A DNA stretch of 64,000 bases from Catajapyx aquilonaris (taxonomy: Eukaryota). Of this stretch, positions 40,415 to 53,721 are shown one piece after another. The position numbers and the translations under genes are program-made. The stretch's first letter is position 1, and each line of letters opens with the position of its first letter. Location of the stretch: contig JYFJ02001598.1 in NCBI GenBank assembly GCA_000934665.2, positions 1-64,000 on the forward strand. The letters are read 5' to 3'. Under the pieces are notes generated by a model. That model did no database searches. It was not told the origin of the DNA and was given only the letters and a program-made list of their open reading frames with translations.

Positions 40415-41234
40415 GTGGGTCAATCCATGTCAAATCGATCATCTCCCTCTTTCCCCACCCCACACCGACCTTCTTAGATTGAGATGAAACTTTTCAGATG
40501 GAAAGGTATTACAAAATGTAATGTCCGAAAATATATTACAGCAGGTTTAGCACTTGTAGGCCTAGTAGGCTGTGTTACACGATATTCTGATTCCTTACTT
40601 TATTTTTATGGCATATGCCTATAAAATATACGGTTGTGAACGGTATGTGAATCAACAGCAACATCAAAGAATGGAATTAAAGACAGAAAAAGATTGTTTT
40701 CTAATTTTGCCATAAAATTTGTCTTATAGTTGGCTCGGTGGCTTCCTTTTTTCCTTTTTTCTTGTTATTTTTTACTCATTAAAAATTATCAAAATGATAA
40801 ATGCTACATAATGATATTGGCTACAATCGCTACATGAAAATTGAGTGCATCAGAGTGATTGTTATTTTGTATCCCCCTTGTCTCACTGGGGACACCCCAT
40901 AGCGCTCGCGGATGAATTCAAACACACACATGGGTGGTCAAATCTGATGATGGCTGGATCATCTCACTTGTCAGATTTTGTTATTAAAAATTTATGTGCA
41001 TACTATACAGTACCTGACTGTGATATTGTGGCAATGTTCCTCTTACAATAATTTTTTTGCCAGCAGGAACGATTGTTCTCGCTTCGCAAATATGTGGGTT
41101 ATGTCATGGGCCAATGCGTTATTCATTTATTTTTGGAAACGGCTCATACGGATCTGTATACTGTATGTATTGATGTCAAAATGTGAGGTGGTCGATTTAT
41201 ATCACATCACCTGATTTTACCTAGAATAACCCAC
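40415..41234. mobile_element. Old non-autonomous DNA transposon
   Basis: Imperfect TIRs gtgggtcaatccatgtcaaatc / gattttacctagaataacccac; no TSD seen. Confidence 0.45.
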
Positions 41235-41382
41235 TTTGGGGGAGGGGGTGGCAAGTTCTAAGTCCTGATCACTAATAGTTGAATGAACGGTTTCCAATTA
41301 TTGTAAAAACTATTTTCATATACCGTAATCATGCTGTATTGTTGGGAAAATTAATCTTTTCAGCTCTGACAATACTTGGGTA

Positions 41383-41538
41383 CTCAAGGGGGTAATCACT
41401 TCGGTACTCCAGTGTACACCTGCGAGTGGTACTCCCTGGTATACTCCTCAGGTACCTCACTCTTTATTACTCCTTGGTACTCCTTGAATTTGGTACTCCA
41501 GTGTACACTTTTCAGTTGAGTGATTACCCCCTTGAGGG
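41383..41538. mobile_element. Small MITE with internal GGTACTCC repeats
   Basis: Perfect 18-bp TIR ctcaagggggtaatcact / agtgattacccccttgag with multiple (g)gtactcc units inside. Confidence 0.75.
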
Positions 41539-42404
41539 TACTCTTTCAGTACTGCGTGATTTTTAAAAAGGGAGGGATGATATTAATCATGAACTATAAA
41601 ACTAACGGTAGGCCTATAGTTGTTTTGGACTTTACACGGCTATTTTATAAATAAGAAAACATTCCAAGTGTAAAATGCTTTATTTAGTGACCCGGCATAT
41701 ATTTAAGTAGGCCTACTAATTAGTAAAATTCAAATCCCCTAATTGTATAAGTAAGTAATATTGTAAAAGACGCAGTTACAGGCGGAAAGCTCTGAGTACC
41801 TGCCCATATCAACTTTGCGCTTGTTTGTACCGGTTGACAAAATCACAAAATGTTACGAAATAAATTTTTGTCACTAATTTCGATCCATTTATGGGCACAA
41901 AAAACTATTGTGAAGTACTAATTCAGTTAGATAAAAGGTACTTGTGGATGTCCTATACCGGTAGTCTTCCATTTCCATGTGCACAAGAGTGTTTTACACT
42001 TTCGTCAAACTTTATAGTAACACGGACGTGGAATGTGACCAGAGAACAAGACCGTGCCCTTCGCTAAGAGTAAAAGCGATATTAATATTAATTACAATTA
42101 ATTTTAGTCACCCTGCTGCCAGGTTTATTCCATCCACTACTCCCATTATTAACTTAGTTCTTTTAGCAGTTACCCTGCATATGCCAGTTCCTGTTCTTTT
42201 TCTAAAATGTGGAAGTGGACCTTTTAATATAGTAAATTGGTGCCAAAAATAGTCCCCTTGTACGAATTATGTAACAGTTCAAAAATGAATAAATGTTAAA
42301 AAAATTGTGCAAGGACAAGCTTCTTCTCAGAGCACCTAAAATATGTCAGCAAAATAATTTAGCTCCTCAGACCAACCTATTTCTATTAATTTACACCCCT
42401 CTTA

Positions 42405-44885
42405 GTGGGGGCTCTTAGCGAGATGAAGGGGACAAGTTGGACAAAAGCACCAAACTTTGCATGGAGTTTTGTTTGGTCCTATGCTAATAATTTTTGGTAG
42501 GATCCACGCGATCAGTGCACATGGGTCCCGTCACGTGACATTTTTTCAGAAATCGCCCTGCGCAAAGGGGGATTCCGCGTCAAAGGGGCCGCCCTTGGCC
42601 ACACAACCTTCTCCGATTTTGACCATATTCGGGTATGTTGTAGTCCCCATATATGGGTTTATGCAACCGAGTTTGTTTATGTGTACGATGCGTGGTTTCG
42701 AAACTACAGGGTGTCACATGTGCCCATTTTCTAGCATTTTTGACCCATATATGCTGTTACTTCGGAGGACCACAAGATCAGGTTTAATCTTAAATTTAAT
42801 GTGTGCATTTGAAAGGTATTTTCACTTTCTATGAGATGGTCATACATATGCACAAGAAAATCCGAAATTTAAATCCAAAATGGTTCCCAAAATTTTTATA
42901 TTACTCATTAATCGACCCCTACTACTGATTTTGAATGGCGCTTCAAATAATACGGGAAATGTTTGCTTGAGGTTGCTGCCAAATCAGGAGATCAGAAATT
43001 CGATATCTGCCAAATATCAAAAGCATTTTGTGCGCCAAACCTAGAAATCCCGTAAATTGGCAGCAAAATTTCGCAAAATAATATTGTTGCTCTAAAAATA
43101 AATAAAGGCCTACCACGTACATATGATATTGCGAGAAAGCCTGATTCAAGAACTCGACCGAGTTAACAATAAATACCGATGTCATTGAGTAATAAGAAAA
43201 ATCACATTAAATTAATTAAGAGACCACAATTTTTAAGAGCTTCTGAAGAAGCAAGTTTCAGAATTTTTCGTGTCATTTATGGATGCCCAATAAAATTGTT
43301 AAGTATCTCAGCGATTTAATGGGTACCGATATTTGTAGATCCAGAAATAATATTAGAGTTGCTATTTCAGCACTTACTTAATTGTTATTAAGCAACAATA
43401 TGATAGATGCTCTCTTCAAAATCTCTGAGCATCGTAACACGTGCTTGGGTTGTTACTGCTCCAGGGACATATATAATTATAACGAAGGTGTTTTGGAATG
43501 ATGCATTTCGCGTAGGGCGGTTTATCGGGGTTCATTGTTGGACACAAGAACGGACCTGAGTGTATACATGTATAGCCTACACAACTGTTGAGAAAGGCAT
43601 GCTCATAGCTGGAGGCCTATGGAAGAATCTTCATCGTTGCTCAATCCACCTATGTACACGGTTAGTCCATTCTTGTGTTCAACAATGAACCCTGATAAAC
43701 TGCCCAACACGAAATACGACATATTATACAACATCATTCCAAAATACCATTGTCGCATGTGTCCCTGGATTGGCAACTGTCCACACGTCAAGTTCGCATG
43801 GTCAGCGGTTTTAAGATAACATTTTATCATATTGTTGCTTAATAACAGTTACGTAAATGCTGAAGTGGCAGCTGTAATATTATTTCTGGATCGACAAATA
43901 TCCAATCAATCATTCAGCCACGGGATAATTTTTTTGGCCATCCATACACGACAAGAAAGATTCTGAAACTTGCACCTTCCTCACTGAGAAGCCCATTAAA
44001 ATGGGAATCTCTTTTAACTTCATGCAATTTATCATTTTACTCAGCCATTGACATCGGTATCTATTGTTACCTCGGTAGAGTTCTTGAATAAGGGAACAGG
44101 GGTTCTCCAGATTTTGCGGAATCCCAAGTAAACATTTCACTTATCATTTTAAGCGCCGTTAAAAATAAATCGCAGAGGTCCATTAATGATCAACATCAAA
44201 ATAATAAATTTTTTGACCATCATTTTTATTTAAAATTTTTTTGTCTTCTTAATTACGAGTATGTCCATCTCATAAGGAGTGAAATTACCTTTCAAATGCA
44301 CACAAAGTTTAGGAATTAACTGTTCCTCTGGGAGTTACCCTCCAAGTAACAGCTTACGGATGCTTACGGAGCAAAATTGGCACATTGGGCACCCTGTAGT
44401 TTCATAACCACTCGTCGTACCGAGAAACAAACTCGGTTACGCAAACCTGTCTGTTGGTACTACAATATACTTCAATATGACCAAAACCTGAAAAGGTCAT
44501 GGCAATGAAGGGTAGCCCCATTGACGCAGAATGCCCCATACAATTACCATTACATTCATGCACACTGATCATACACCTGATCGACCCCCTATTGTGCAGC
44601 TTATTTAAGTAACACTTAAATAACACTTAAATAACACGAGTAGTCTGCGGGGAACTATTTATTGTTATTTGTAATGCGGTAGTATCAACAATATAATATT
44701 GAAGAAGTATCCACCGGCTGACACGGTCACATGGATTATGACTCATAATTCATGATCCATTGTCTTGATCACGTGGATCCTACCAAAAATCTAAAGCGTA
44801 AGCAATACAGATTCCATGGAAAAAATATGGTGCTTTTGTCCAACCTGTCCCCATCTGGTCGAATTTGGACCCTAAGAGCCCCCAC
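42405..44885. mobile_element. Large (~2.5 kb) fold-back non-autonomous DNA element, unclassified
   Basis: Ends gtgggggctcttag / ctaagagcccccac. Matching inverted blocks at 42430/44830, 42700/44390, 43330/43860 and 43530/43670. Confidence 0.85.
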
Positions 44886-46583
44886 CTTTTAGTTATCATT
44901 TTCAATCTTCCTCTAAAACATAACTAACCTATGCAGTTGCAATTGAGATCCAATCATTCCCCCACCCCTCCCCACGGAAATACGGAATACAACAACTAGT
45001 TCTACACTCATGAAATCTTAGTCTTGGGATGTGGAATTAATGGCATGCTGCAAAAAAGTTTTTCAGATAATATGCAGGAGCCATATAAATTACAGACGTT
45101 TTAGGTCAACCTGTATGCACAGCTGAATAATCATTAAAACGTTCCCCATGTACCTCATTTATATGTAGGCCTAAACAGCTCTAAGTCTACATGACTGTAT
45201 TTTATTATCCCACACCAGATTCCTATCAAGCTTATTCAAAACATGTATGCCCCGGCAAAACTTGTAGTAGGGAGGTTTAGAAAACTTCTGTAATATGATG
45301 ATTATACAGTCTCATAATGCTCAACGTTTGATGTTCTAAGTATAAGCTAGCTAGCCTTGATGAACGGGAGAAGATAAAAAAAGAAAGAGGTGTGTCTTTT
45401 CTATATATGCGTGCAATATCTATTTCTAGAACGTGATTTTCTCGTGCGTGCAGCGAACTTGGATAATAAAAACGCTGAGTCTGTTGACATGTTCTCGCAA
45501 GCCAATCCCACGCCATTCTGGTCGCTGTGGTGCTACTGTAAAGTGTTATCGTATTTGGACGCCAGTCAGTCAGAGTAGCCAATTACAGCCGCCATCTTGG
45601 CACGTAACACCCTTTGCATCGGCTCTCCGTCCTGTCAACAAGAGTTCTATTGCTGTTATTGTTGCCGACAGTCACACGCACAGCCTTATCCTATACATTC
45701 ACATACAACTAACACCAAAAATAAAGAATAATGATAAGATTTCATATCTTTTCTGGCTTGAATTCCTTGAAACACACCGTAGGCAAAAAGAGTCAATACG
45801 GAATTTGTAATCGCCACTGATGAAAAGAAGTTATTTTGTCGAGGCCTGGTATATGCTCTTTGCAATCAACTCCTGAAAAAGGATTGGGCTGTTTCATAAT
45901 TGCCTTTGATTTCATTGGGGGTTTGGCGGAGCAAAGGCAACAAAGGCCGCTCTGCGCCAAAATTAATGGACATACGGGGACTTAGACATGAGCGATTCTA
46001 TCATGTGGCTTTTTGATAATTGGTGCGGAGATGTAATAAAAGGCTAAAAAATGGCATTATCGTTACCAGCTTCGGATGATGGCACAATACGGCCTCCAAT
46101 ATTCTAACTTCCTGATCCAGCACGAGCTTATTCATTTATCCCTGAAATACCAATCCAATCAGAAATATCGATCGGCTTCTTGCTACCCTGGTAACTCGAG
46201 CAAAGAACCCTCCAATACTTCGGGATGTATTACTATTTTAGCGGTAAATTAAGTACCTGCTGACAGACAGGAATGGCCACTTAATTTATCCTCCGCTTAA
46301 GTACATAATAAAATTTCTAATTCTACTCAGAGGAGAAAAGACGAGAAAATTTGCCACGATGTGGTCTACACATGCATCACAGACCACATCGTCACTACCA
46401 AAGTTGTCGTTATGTCACGTAAGAGTAGAAGTGCTGGAAAGAAATTATCAGAAATTCTTTCACGGAAAAAAATGCAACCTGGTTTTATATACCAGCAGTA
46501 AATAAATATCCCCTGAGAAGAGTGAGTACCGTAATACACGTAAAACTCCACCTCTCGTACGACGCACTGGTATTGACCAAATA

Positions 46584-46790
46584 CAGAGTGTTCCAAGTCC
46601 GTGGGTCGTTTTTAGTCATTACTCATTACTAATATCGCTCGAAGTAGTTATTTTTGTGTAGCTTGTTGTGCCCCGATTCAGGTGCCTCAGTACCATCAGG
46701 TGGTTGAATGTAGCAGTAGAGTAGTGCACCTGGATCGGGGCACAATAAGCTACAAAAATTAACAGCTTTGAGAGAAATTTTCTATAACAA
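46584..46790. mobile_element. CAGGGTGTTCCAAG-family MITE, right end missing
   Basis: ta|cagagtgttccaag start and internal gtagcttgttgtgccccgat / atcggggcacaataagctac inverted repeat. Confidence 0.75.
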
Positions 46791-46812
46791 TAGCTATTAT
46801 AAAAGTCCCCAC

Positions 46813-47651
46813 CGAAAACTGGAAAAGTTAGAGAGATGACTTTTACTGATTTTTGAAGCTTTGTTGATATACAAGTACATTTAGAGATATGAAGATAACA
46901 CAAAAATCTCAAGAGGAGGGGCAGAAAAAAAAGACTAACGACACCGCCCAGACCCCATTTGTGACCAGAGTGTCCCACCCATTTCATCTGAAAACGAAAA
47001 CAGTTACAGATATGGACTTTACTGGATTTTGAAGCTCTATCGATGTTACTTTGTGTGGTATTGAGATGGACCAATATTACCGACAGGGAGCGGGGTAAAA
47101 AATAGAAACGACACCCCCCTTCCCCGGAACTAAATCTGAGAAGAGGTTATACATAATGATGTATTCCCACTGCTAGTGACTACTAACTTAGCATTACCAT
47201 ATTTGGCACTGGTACTGCTAAGTTATAGCATTAACTAGCAGTGGGATGAAAATTTTCCATTGCTTGTATTCAAGCAGTGCCGGGGGAAGGGGGGTGACGT
47301 TTCTATTTTTTTCCCCTCCCCCTGTCGGTAATTTTAGTCCATCTCTATACCGCACAAAGTGACATCGATAGAGCTTCAAAACCCAGTAAAGTTCATACCT
47401 GTAACTCTTTTCGTTTTCAAATGAAAAGGGTGGGACACTTTGGTCAAAAATGGGGTCTGGGGGGGGGGGTCTTTTGTTTCCCTCCCCTTGTCATGATATT
47501 TGCATCATCTGCATACCTCCACAAATCTACATCGACAGCCCTTCAAAACTAGGTAAAAGTCATCTTTGTAACTTTTCCAGTTTTCGAATACAATGGAGGA
47601 GAAAATTCACCCGCTTTTTACAGGGAGCCCCATTATTTTGTCTAACCCCTG
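46813..47651. mobile_element. Palindromic Tc1/mariner-type MITE, left end missing
   Basis: ~315-bp inverted arms (46813-47128 vs 47280-47586). The right end is cccctg|ta. A central hairpin is cccactgctagt/actagcagtggg. Confidence 0.8.
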
Positions 47652-50397
47652 TAGTTCTCAACTATTCACAAAATGTCTAGCAGCAGTTTGGTGAACTCCA
47701 TTGATTCTAACTTTGCACTATAGAGCCATAATTGCTCCTATGAGTAACTTACACATTTACTCTCGAGTAACATATTCCAAAAATAAAATAGCCGTAACCT
47801 GGAGAAAGTGCCCTCATAAATCAGCCGAAACATTGTGCCACTCTTCCCTTACCTTCTCGAAACGAGCCCATAAATTCACACAAGAATGAAATACTCCGCG
47901 CTCTGCCTAAGTTGAACACACCTGTATTTTACAGTCTCACTAGTTGGCAGTAATGTATAATGTCACAAGTTCCAAGTCTTCCTTCTCCGCGCCCATGTTT
48001 GCTTTCCCTCAAGTTGAAACCCTCTCACGCCCTCCCCCACCCCCCACTTTCCCCTCCTCTCCCCTCTCTCTCCATTCCCACACACCATTCCAGCGACTAA
48101 GCCTTCCAGGAGAGTGGAAACTTTCACTGTTTGTCCACGAAATAGGTTCTTCCTGTGAGAGCCACAGGAAGATTATTCACGAGATAGCCCATGCATATAC
48201 TGTGCTTGCAGGGATTTGCCAGCCACACCTGAGACGCCTTCAGATCTTACCATATAACCGCAGTGTGCACAGTTTGTCACACAAGAGTTTTTCCGCCTCG
48301 TCAACTTTGCTGACGATCAAACATCAGGAGGTGGATGGGCCGTCGGAGATGATTAAGTACAAGCAAGTCCAAGTCCGTTGATGGTGACCGGTGATCCAAT
48401 AAAAACTGAATGTGCGATGGCTTCTTGGACTGCAGCGTTGCTTATAGTCAGCAGCTTTATTTCGCCTATTCCTCCACTACATTGTAGCAGTTGTGACTAA
48501 TGAATAGCTCTAATGTCTTTATGTTAAATATTTTTGCATTATCCAACATGGAGCTTTAAAAACAATTACGCAGGGTAAATGTTTGTACTGTACAGAAATT
48601 AAAGAACATGAAAAGAACGACTATTCGGAAGAGACGGGAAGAACAAGTGGTGGGTACTCAATCAATGCAGTTAAGATACAGTCATCAAAATGAGCGCCCT
48701 TCTGCTATTCAGTGTCAAAAATGTTTCATTACGTGAACACTGAATCCGGAAACGATTCCTGTAACGATTTTGCACCGACAAATGCATTCGAGGTATACTT
48801 AGTCAGGCAGCCGCCATTGTTCTCGGCAAATGTGTCTTAATTGGGAAACCCATTAAAGTAGCTCCAGCAGTCTAGTTGTTATATGCATCATAATAGAAAG
48901 GTCCTGGAGAATATAGGTTTATATCACACGTCCCTTTTGTCGTAGGCCTACTATTCATGATGGTCACATTTTTATGTCGTGTGTAAAAATAGGTTGATAT
49001 ACAGAAATAATCCACAATTCGATATAATCCTACATTCTATATATAGTATGCGGATGGTTATGGTGACTTTCTCCGGTTAGAGTGCTATTATTGGGAAAAT
49101 ACTTCATAAGACGGTCGAGGAAGGCCGAAGTGGGGGAGCGTGAGGAAAGTGCCGGATGAAGCCCATTAGGGCGGTTCAGAGTCAGGATAATGTGTCGCGC
49201 GAAAAAGGCACCGCGATAACAACGACGCCTTCAAAGAACTGATTTTGTTAATCCAACCCGAAATAATTAGCCTTATACAATTTTCACCTGACCGTACATA
49301 TCTCCTGTAGGTTATTTGAGTACAACAAAGTAGTTATTTTAAACTATACCTAACCTCCAAAAGCTAATAGCTACAGGGGAAAGTGTTTATTTAAATCTAC
49401 ATTAACCTAAAATTAACCTCCAAAAACCAATTGATAAACAGCGCAGTTATTTTAATTGACATTTATTCCTAAAAGTTAACCTGCTTAAGGTTTACTTTTA
49501 CGAATAAATATTAATATAAAAATTTAATAAATATTAATTCAGATGATTTACACATTCAGCACCATAACAATAATGACTGCGTCTAGCTAATAATTATTGA
49601 CCTAGTTCAACTAATTAGTATCGGTTATGCTCTTTTTGAATCCCTCTTCTTTCGTGTGGACCTTCAAGGATATATGCCAGCTAAGCAGCGGCACGACGGA
49701 TTTTAGCCCAGTGGTAGCGAACAAGTCTCGCAATGGCCTGTTCCAGGAAGCAAATCCCCAGAGCACGAAAGAAAAACACGGCAATAATGTCACCGCTACT
49801 ATATCGCTGCTACTACGTCGCGTCTACTAAACTCCGCGTGGACCTGGCCTTGACCTGACCATCCATCCAGACTTACGCAAGCCTCCCCGATCAAGAGGTG
49901 AAGTGTATCCGCTACTTGATTCAGGAACACGCCTTTCTTCCCCAGACCCCTTCCTTCACTAATATTGTTCATCTTCCTTTTTAATGCAGCAATGAAAACA
50001 TAATTAAAATTGGCCTACGAATAGTTGATTACACAACTTCTCTCAGGTTGGTTTTCATTGGATTCCTTTGAGCCGTTTCCATCGTATGTCAAATTGCCTG
50101 CTACTTGAACATGCGGCACATACGGGCAGCATGCGGGATTAAGAATGAGATATGGCTACATTAAAAACGCATTCGTTCATGTCGATCACAACTACAAATA
50201 CAGAGAAAATAGGACCGAAGTATGTCCTGAGTAGGTCTATTGAATGTAACAATACAGGACTGGTATTTCAATTCCTGCATACGGTAATTGAAGAAAATAT
50301 TATGCCCGCAATGCCCATGTAGTCTATACCAATTATTCCTACTATTACTATAATTCATATTTTTCAATAATTCTTTTTCTACATTAACCCTCTCACG

Positions 50398-51045
50398 CAG
50401 GGGCTCCCAACCTTTTTGAAACGTCGACCCTTTTGATTTTCATCAAGCGCTGGCAATTCCCTCTACCCTTCCGCTTACAGTATACAGAATTGATTTTTAC
50501 TACACTATGATGGATGCTAGTTGATGTCCATAAATACGCTGATTTTTTTGCCGTTTTTAGACCCTTCTTCAACCGGGTTATTCCCCCTTCCCCTAATATA
50601 GCCTAACGATGAATTCGCCTCATCCGGAAAAAAAACAACATTCTGCATCTGCATGGCCAAAACCGCCAAACCCTCATTGCAGCACGATGTAACGAACTGT
50701 GAAACTGAGTTACTGCCAGCAGATTATGATGCCAATTGGGAAAAGGTCGAAAGTTTAATTCTGCAAATTGAAAGGTTCCATGTTGTAAAATACTCGCCAT
50801 AACACTTCCTGTACCTCTCCATGAGCTTTAATAATTTGGTGAAGATCCTAAAATTGATTAGTGACCTGCTTTTCCTCGGGTGTATTAAACCAGTTAAAGC
50901 ACTAGCAGTTATAAATAACGTTAACTAAAATAAGCTCTTTTTTGTGCTAAGAGGCTAAGAGGCTAAGAGGCTAAGAGGATAATGGGTACACTTTTAGATT
51001 TTTTTGCTTCTTCTGGCCTCACGCCCCCTAAGTTTGGAACCAGAG
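50398..51045. mobile_element. Possible decayed hAT-type element
   Basis: Left end caggggctcccaaccttttt and a degenerate right end gtttggaacc; no TSD seen. Confidence 0.3.
50947..50978. repeat. Tandem repeat (GCTAAGAG)x4
   Basis: Seen directly. Confidence 0.9.
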
Positions 51046-52170
51046 CTTTAATATACTGCTTGCCGTAGGCTACATTTCTATCATTCGTGCGTGACCCTTC
51101 TCCCGTCTAATCATCCATTCATTCAATCGATGACCGGAAAGTATGTCCGAGTGGCCCGCCCACTTCGGTTATCTCCAACCAGTTTTCAGCTATTTCCGCA
51201 ACATTTTGCCAATACTGTGGCTAGTCCAGAAATCGGTCAAAGGGAATGCCATTCATCGAGGCGACGGATTATGTTTTGTTTTTCATAACCAAATTGCTGC
51301 TATTGGCGAATTCAGTGGCTTCCGCATACAGGAAATGAGGTTTAGTTTGCAAGAAATAAATAATGTCAAGGACAGGAACAATCCATGTGATGGTGAATGT
51401 CTCACTCAAAGATGCCAAAATGCATTTTGAAGGCCACGTTTCTGTTTCCAAGACGACATACAAGAGGTAAAATTGAATTGATATTTACAGCTACGCGTAT
51501 ATAGACCTGATTGACCGGAAAGTGCACATTTGGTGATGGGTATGGGGCACACTCTATTTTTGGTATGTTATGACACGCCTTCTGTACTGCTGACGGCTGA
51601 TAATAAAACAGTCAACTAACATTTCAAAATGAAAGCATCAGTAATAATAGGCCGTCCATATATACTTATAATGTACCGTTTTTCACTTTTCAACCTCCTG
51701 TACTGCAGCCAGGTAGAAATAAAAATAAAGCTAATGTAAGACTACATCAAGTTTTACTTTTTGAATGCGGCTCATCTGTGGTTGAACAAAATCATTGTGC
51801 CTTTTTTGGGAGCGTCAGAAGGAACTATCTCAGAGAGAAAGGAAGAGAGCCGTAGATATTCTTCAGGAGATTCCGCAATGCCTTCAGGACAAAAGTCTTC
51901 TCTCAAAAGTATAGAAAAGGAGAAAGTTCAGAGGCTGATGGAAAAGGACGAGGAAATACAGTATATGGCAAAAATTCGTACTGGTATTGAATTTTTGTGG
52001 GTGGATACAGTCCATTCATATTTAGGCATATGCTTGATACATAAATGTAGTAAGATATCTGCGATTTTAATTGTCGTTTGCGAGTTGCAAGACAAGAATG
52101 GTCTTATGTAAAATTCTTGGGGTTTTCCGGATCTCTTGGCGTCTATTGTAGATAGGCCCTTTATTAGATA

Positions 52171-52475
52171 CTAGCTGTGGCACCCGGCGTTGCCCGCGAA
52201 GAAATGAATGAAGAGAAAACACCTGCCAGTACCCCCGTCAACTGTCTGTCTTTCTGTGTGTCCGGCCACCAATGCCATCTGTGGTCCTGCTACTCAAACA
52301 CCTTGAACCTCTCCCGCCTGTATAACGGCAACCGTCATTTGCCTGCCATCTGTAGTCAACCCCCAACACCTCCATCCTCTCCCGACCTGGGGGTGGAGCA
52401 CAGATGGCAGGCAAATGGCGGTTGGCAGGCGGACAGACAGACAGACAGACTCACAAACGGCTTTATTTATATAGA
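52171..52475 (-). mobile_element. Non-autonomous Helitron (305 bp)
   Basis: Minus strand a|TCtatataaataaa...(gtct)n...gcgggcaacgccgggtgccacagCTAG|t. It has a 5' TC, a GC-rich subterminal motif, a 3' CTAG, an A|T site and no TSD. Confidence 0.9.
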
Positions 52476-53495
52476 TAGGTATGCACCATGGACAGCAGAT
52501 GGAGTATATGGATGCTTACAGTATTTTATACGACTTTAGGGATTTCTGAGTGGGTCCAGGGAAGGTGTGAGCGGTCTCCACATCAGCTTTATAGAAGAAT
52601 TGAAATGCCGATAAGTGTAGAATGAGCACATATCGAATATCTAAATTGCAAGGAACAGCGATAATCTTTCTTTGCTATTCTACGTTTCTAAAAATATCCC
52701 ATTTTCCTTCGTTTTTATGGAAAACGTTCAGGTTTGAGCTTGGGATGAACTGTGACAAAAGCCATAAATATTCCACGACATCTTGAAAGATGGTTAGGCC
52801 AACGTTATGTAATAATAGAGATGAGGTGTAGTATGCAGAACTGGATCAGAAATCGCTGCGCATATTACGTAATTCAGGGCCTTTAGCAGGTCCCCTTAGC
52901 AGTCGACTCTATAGCGTGAAGCAATTAAAGCAACGCTTTTTTGAGACCCTCTGCTGCCTAATAAAGCGGCCGCAAATATAACTAACCTAAACATTTCTAT
53001 TCGCTAGACGAGGTATCGCATTTAACTTGGCAAGGCGCAAGGGTGGGCTTCGAGAGACACATGAAATGAGCGGCAATTCGCGAGATGTTTCCGCTGGTCG
53101 GCTACGAATAAAGATGTGAAAGTTAGTGCGCCTCTGGTCGGCTGCACATCCCAAAATCTGTTGATTTACAAGGCCCATGGACACTTTCACTAGAGTCGCG
53201 AAATCCTTCTCTTGGGGCACGTTACGTCACGGGCTTGTGAGCCTTTGAAGGTTCAGCACTCAGAACAGCGATGATGACGGTGAGGTGTGCTTTGGCGAGG
53301 GAACTAAATGAGATTAAATGCTCAAAAGTGCAGGACTATTTTTGAACAATGAGTTCCGTGCATAGTGTCTTTTCAAGTATTAGAACACTTTTTTCAGGCG
53401 GATTGCACAACCTGATGGCAGTTATTAGTTTCAATAGTATATACGTATCATCCTTTCTCGTCAGTGGGATTTTCCTGCATTATAAATATACGTTA

Positions 53496-53721
53496 TAGAG
53501 TGTTCTTCTCTGCCCAAGGTGATGGTCCCAAGAGCGGGAACGGGGAAAAGAGTTGATGGATTATTCAACCCTGGGTCATGTGAACAAAGTCGGCGGCAAC
53601 CAAAGAGGTAAAGGAAGGTGCAGAGTCGGGGGGTTTTTGAATGCAAACCAGGGGTGAATAATCCATCACCACATTCCTGTTCACTTGTTCGGACTGTCAA
53701 CTTGGGCAGAGAAACATTCTG
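53496..53721. mobile_element. Tc1/mariner-type MITE (CTCTGCCCAAG family)
   Basis: Inverted arms tctctgcccaag...gatggattattca / tgaataatccatc...cttgggcagaga. Right-arm copies at 59145 and 62479. Confidence 0.75.

Noticed and set aside
49120..49190. Hammerhead- or HDV-like ribozyme (cggatgaa-gcccattagggc)
   Set aside because: The core lacks CUGAUGA and GAAA, and the HDV P1/P3 pairings cannot be formed.
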